From assembly GCF_009914755.1 (NCBI RefSeq), contig NC_060944.1: a stretch of DNA of 64,000 nt; one strand, written 5' to 3'. Shown piece by piece: positions 59,620-64,000 of this stretch (the first letter of the stretch is position 1; the number at the start of each line of letters is the position of its first letter). This DNA is from the human T2T-CHM13v2.0 reference genome, Homo sapiens. The notes under the pieces were generated by a model. That model searched no databases, was not told the DNA's origin, and saw only the letters and a program-made list of their open reading frames with translations. The position numbers and the translations under genes are program-made.

Positions 59620-61050
59620 TCGTGGGGGTCCACAGCTGCAATACCGCCAGGCGGCAGCATCCCACCTCTTTCGACTGGCTGCAGCCCCACCAGAAGCCCG
59701 GCTCCAGCCGGGGCGCTGCGGCGCGTACTAGACCCGGAAGGCGCAGGCGCGGGTTTCCTGCCCTCCAGGGTGTCTTCCCACTACCCGGACCCCAGGCAAT
59801 TCAATTCATTCATCAAGTGCCTCCGCAACCATCCAAGTTGGGGCAGCAGGTCCCACAGTCGCCAGCCAAGACCTCCGCTCCAGAAACCATGGAATGCTTT
59901 CCCCGGGGGAAGGATATTGTCTTCGCCAGCCACGAAGAAATCCGTCCCTGCGCACCTTGTTTCCCATTGCCACCGACTTCGTGTAAAGTGTAGTCCCGAG
60001 GACACGAAAGATACACAGACCTGGCCCCGTGGACACGCTCTGTGCCAAGGCTTCCACCAGACGGACGGGTGCACTCTACAAATCTCGGGGCCACAGCACC
60101 AACGAGACAGAAAGAAGCAAACAAAGGAAGGACCCTATGAAACGCACCCCCAAAGCAATCAACCAATCCAAGAAAAAAAAAAAAACACGTCTCAGGGCTC
60201 CGCTGGTTTTCCCGCATTGGCGGCCCTGACCCCCTGTCCTAGCCTGGCCCAAGCACCCTCCACCTCACCCCGGCCTGCTCAAAGTGCCCTGTCTACCTGA
60301 GCAGAGCCTCCCTCTCCAAGGCTCTGTCTTTCTCTCTCTGCAACTCCCTCACCCTCTCCCTTTCTCTACTTCCCCCTCCACCTCTCACTCTTCTATCACC
60401 TTCTGTCTCTCTCCCCCTCCAACTTTCTCTCTCTCCCCTCATATCTATCTCTCCATCCCGGTCTCCCTGGCTTTCTTTCAAGCTGTGTCTGTGTCTTTGT
60501 CTGTATGTCCTTGTGTGTGTGTCCGTGTGCGTGTGTCCATGTGTCCGTGTGTGTGTCTGTGTGTTGTGTGTGTCCGTGTGTGCCTGTGCGCGTGCACCCG
60601 TGTGTATCTGTGTGTGTGTCGGTGTGGGTTTGCTCGTGGTGGTGGTGTGGTGTGTCTGGGTGTCTGTCAGCCCCTCTTTCCCAGTATCAGGCTGCCGGGA
60701 CTCTAGTGTCAGCGCGGGGCAAAGCAGGGCCTTCCTGTCCTGTTGGCCATGGGGGGGTCCTCGTTGGAACAAGCAACGATGGTGTGGGCATTATGAGAAA
60801 AAGGGCCCGCGGGGCTGGGCTGGCTGTTCGCCCCTGGGCAGCCCTGGCGGCGACTCTGGGTGTGTGGGGCAAGAGAGGGCCTTGCAAGAGGGGCGGCGTG
60901 GGATCCAAATCAATTTTTCCGCGGCAAGGCGGAGGACCAGAGATGATCCCAGGACTGTGGGCCATGGGCCCTGACGCCTCCGAGCACACCCTGTCCTGAG
61001 CCGGCCCGATGTGTTGGAAGCTCGGGAGCTCGCGAGCTGGGGGAAGGCCT
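59620..61050 (+). other. Diverged 5S rDNA repeat intergenic spacer, with no 5S gene
   Basis: 60901-61050 GGATCCAAA...GGCGGAGGACC...GGGCCCTGACGCCTC...GGCCCGATGTG..GGAAGCTCGGGAG...GGGGGAAGGCC matches my recollection of the upstream spacer of the human ~2.2-kb 5S repeat. The preceding CT-rich (60305-60480) and GT-rich (60485-60665) tracts fit that spacer's organisation. Confidence 0.7.
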
Positions 61051-62529
61051 GGAATGTCAGTGAAAGGGAGGCCGCCTGATGGGCCTTGAGCCTGGACAGG
61101 GGACTGAGGAATCAAGGCCTGACGACGGATTCCTGTTTCCTGCAACATGGGGAGTCTCCAAAATGGCCTGTTTGGAAACGAAAGGAGAGCGAAGACAAGA
61201 TGCTGCTTTTCCACGCTTCGCTGGAGGTTTCTGTGTTCCCACAGAGCTCGGGAAACAAACAGTCAACATGGTCACGCTTTCGGGGGCCAGAGACACATGA
61301 GCAACAGGCCCCCCACCCCTTGCAGAAGGCAAAGGAACGTGGAATCCGGAATCATGATTCACTCAGCTTGAGTGTGACTCCTGTGTGGATGGGAGTATCT
61401 GCCTCGCGCTCTGTTGTAGGCTTAGCTGGGGAGGCTCACATGTCATCTGTGAACCATGTGGATGAAAAACGGACAACAATTCGAGTCTCGGCTCTGCTCT
61501 TTGGGGAATTCGCCCATTCCTTGGGAAGCGGAATTCGTCTGAATCGCTCCCGGGTGAAGTAACCCAGGCGATCCCGAGGGCCGGTGAGCCCACCGTCGGC
61601 CGATGCGGCCGTGGGCCGAGCACTCAGCCTGCACTGGGCACCCAACATTTTCCCGGAGTTCGAGGTCCTGCTGGTCCTGGTGGCAGAAGACCGCTTTTCT
61701 CTTTGCCTTCCTTTCTCTGTTTCTTGCTCCTTTTCTCCCTCTGTCCATCCTTCCCTCTGTTCTTCCTTCTCTCCCTCTCTCCCTCCCTCCCTCTCTCCCT
61801 CCTTCCCTCTGTTCTCTCCTTCCCTCTCTCCCTCCATCCATACCTCCCTTTCTCCCTCCTTCCCTCCCTCCCTTCCTCTCTTATTCTTTTCCTCTCTCCC
61901 TCCCTCCATCCCTTCCAAGGTCCCTCCTTTCATCCGTCCTTTCCTCCCTCTGTCCCTCCCTCTCACTTTGTCTCCGTTCCTTTCCCCATTTCTGCCTGGC
62001 TTCCCTCCCACCTAGAAAGGGCAGAACCACGGTTTGCGCAAGATCTCGGGGTCTACATTTAGTTGCCGGGAGCTCCACGTGATGCGGCGGGGCACGGGTG
62101 GGCGAGGGAGGGTGGAGCGGGGAGGTAGTGGAGTTGAGCTGTGGAAAGGAGAGCAGGCCTGGCCGCTGCCCGGGCCGGTGTTTCCCGGGGTGGAGGTCTC
62201 CGCCTACACCATTGAAGAACGCGGAGGCTGGGGGGAGGTGTACGGCGTGGGGAGGCGGGGGAAGGGATGAGAGCCCTGTCCGGGCTGGTCCCAAACCCTA
62301 GCCGGCTGCCCATGAACCCGCGCATGCCAGCCTGGGCTGGCTCTGAAATCCTTGGGATGCTCAGGAAAAGAATGACAGCCCTCCTTTCTGTGGAGTTTCT
62401 CGCCGGACCTGGACTCAGGGATCCTAGACAGGTCAGCTGGAAGGGAAGACGCAGGTCTCCATACAGAGCCTGAGGTTCAGCGCGAAAGAGGGGCCACCCC
62501 CTGCCCCCACCCGGTCCCAACCCCGCGTC

Positions 62530-63588
62530 CTAAAGCTCCTCCAGCAGAGCCCCGTGTTCTTCCTGGCTGAGGAGTGGTTCCAGAAAAGTGGGCTCTTCCA
62601 TGTCCTTCAACTCCCCCAGTGGCTCCGTTGCTTGGAAAGGTTGTGCCTTTTGCTGAAATTCTGGGGTCGACAGGAGCTCATATAACAGGGTGGATGAGAG
62701 TGCAGATGAACGCTCCAGCTCTTGGAGCGGTTGGGAGGGTGCCTGGATGGCTTACATCTGCTTCTGACACGCAGAGGCCTCCGTGGGCGCGAGCTGCGGA
62801 GGTAGATGTGCCTCGGCTTCGCGTTCCCATGCTCCCTGGCGACCTGGGGACCCTGGCCCCAGCCCCAATACGGACTCATGTGGGACGTGTGCGGCGCAAG
62901 CACACCTTGCCCCTGTGACTCAGCCTGAGCGGCTCAAGTTGTCCCACTGAGCACGCACACAGAAGGCCGCCGTGCTGCGAGTCCTGGTCCACCTGCCAAC
63001 TGTTTGACTCAGCCTGAGCGGCCCAAGCTGTCCCATTGAGCACAGCACCCACAAAGCCTCCGTACTGCGGGTCCTGGTTCCCCTGCCATCTGTTCGGGTG
63101 TGGAGGTCACCCAGGTGTCTGAGGGTGGGACAGCGCCACTTCCGAAGGAGCCAGAGCAGCAAACTCAAAATCCCCGAGTGCCACGGCAGGTCGGGAGATT
63201 CTTTCTGCCTGCAAAGCCTGGCTGGGCTGCAGCAGAGGGGCCACCCCTGCTGTCTGGCTCACGAAAGCCCCCTGTTCCCCACGCCCTGGAGTGGGTGAAG
63301 GCGACCAAGGAGGGAGGGTGGCACCCGCGGTGGGCCGCGTTGCACAGGCGCCTGCGTGCGCGGATTCCCTGCCACCCTGGCCTGGATGCCTGGACCTTCG
63401 ATTCTGATACGAAATCTGAATCCTGGGCTCCAAAAGGCAGGTCTCTCTGGACAGTTTGGGTACGGGTTCCGCTCAAAGCACGCTAGCAGGGAATCTTTTT
63501 TGTTCAGGTTACAAACCAGTCTCCTTCGCCGTCCTCGTCCTCGGGCTTCCGCGGGGAAGGGGCTGTCAGAAGGTGTCGGGAGAGCCAT
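62530..63588 (-). pseudogene. DUX4-like pseudogene with internal deletions, frameshifts and a nonsense codon
   Basis: ATG at 63588: [25 protein letters not shown]...FERNPYP. A frameshift then leads into HD2-type [32 protein letters not shown] at 62752-62754. C-terminus [18 protein letters not shown]...LSQEEHGALLEEL* with stop at 62530-62532. Confidence 0.95.
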
Positions 63589-63716
63589 CGCGAGGGCACC
63601 TCGCCGGAATTTCACGGACAGACACGGGCAGAGAGAGGCCGGCGGCTCCTGTGCGCCTCAGTTGGCCTCTGTGCTGTACGCAGGTCCAGTCAGGAGTCCG
63701 ACCCCGCCAGTGGCCC

Positions 63717-63790
63717 TTATAAAGACCCACCAGCTTCACCCCTTCATGAATATGCGTGAGCACCCAAGGGCCCTGGGTATCCCGCCCTCC
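63717..63790 (-). promoter_or_regulatory. DUX-type promoter: TATAA box, DBE-like element and GC box
   Basis: Minus strand: GGGCGGG (63781-63787), ATATTCATGAAGGGGTGAAGCTG (63731-63753), TATAA (63717-63721), about 130 nt upstream of the ATG. Confidence 0.7.
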
Positions 63791-64000
63791 GAAGCCAGAA
63801 ATCACAGACACAGGGCCCTGTGTGGTAGGTGAAGGTGGGGCCAGATCGGCCAGGAAAGGGGGGCTTCTGGGGCTGGCTCTCTGAGTTCTCCAGAATTCTA
63901 CGGAAACTGGAAGTTTCTCTCTGGGCTCACATACGATTTCAGGGAGAAACCACCCTGGAAGGGTGGTGTGTGGAACTGAACCTCCATGACAGTCTTGAGT

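Larger units (their letters stand above)
61095..64000 (-). repeat. Diverged D4Z4-like (3.3-kb family) sequence, about one unit, with LSau-like and GA-rich parts
   Basis: Minus strand is colinear with recalled D4Z4: ACTCAAGACT..GGAGGTTCAGTTCCACAC, the DUX gene, TAGGACGCGGGGTTGGGAC after the stop, a GA tract (61700-61990), and GACTCCCCATGTTGC..GGAATCCGTCGTCAGGCC at the left end. Confidence 0.9.

Noticed and set aside
59563-60300. 245-aa ORF as a novel protein
   Set aside because: No recognisable domain; it crosses into GC-rich spacer DNA where stop codons are scarce
61050-61095. 5S rRNA gene (GGGAGGCCGCCTG resembles part of 5S)
   Set aside because: Only about 12 nt of similarity; no 5' end, internal control region or T-run terminator
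62530-63588. Functional DUX4 or DUX4c
   Set aside because: Homeobox deletion, frameshifts and a nonsense codon; it also retains the DUX4-type C-terminus that DUX4c lacks

Overview
This window is hominoid (human or great-ape) nuclear DNA: it carries an SVA, Alus, L1PA elements and a HERV-K(HML-2) LTR5. I find no intact protein-coding or RNA gene. It is a repeat-saturated mosaic typical of pericentromeric, acrocentric or 4q35-related segmental duplications. From left to right it contains: an L1PA (-); an old L1MA interrupted by MaLR elements, Alus and a mini-array of 48-bp CER satellite; an SVA that appears to carry a 3' transduction; a decayed gamma-like ERV (LTR-gag-pro-pol) with LTR5 and THE1 insertions, joined directly to an orphan TUBB8-like exon 1; further L1s; a beta-satellite remnant and a minisatellite; an unidentified pseudogene-like stretch; a full-length L1PA with a target-site duplication (TSD); and a 5S-rDNA-spacer-like block fused to about one diverged D4Z4-like unit with a disabled DUX4-like gene. 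I see no evidence for a new functional biological system. The most interesting signals are structural or evolutionary: the SVA transduction, the satellite insertion flanked by an 89-bp duplication, the HD1/HD2 hybrid DUX homeobox, and separate L1 insertions that share apparently private variants. Repeat family and gene names come from recalled consensus sequences, not from database searches. Boundaries without TSDs are approximate.
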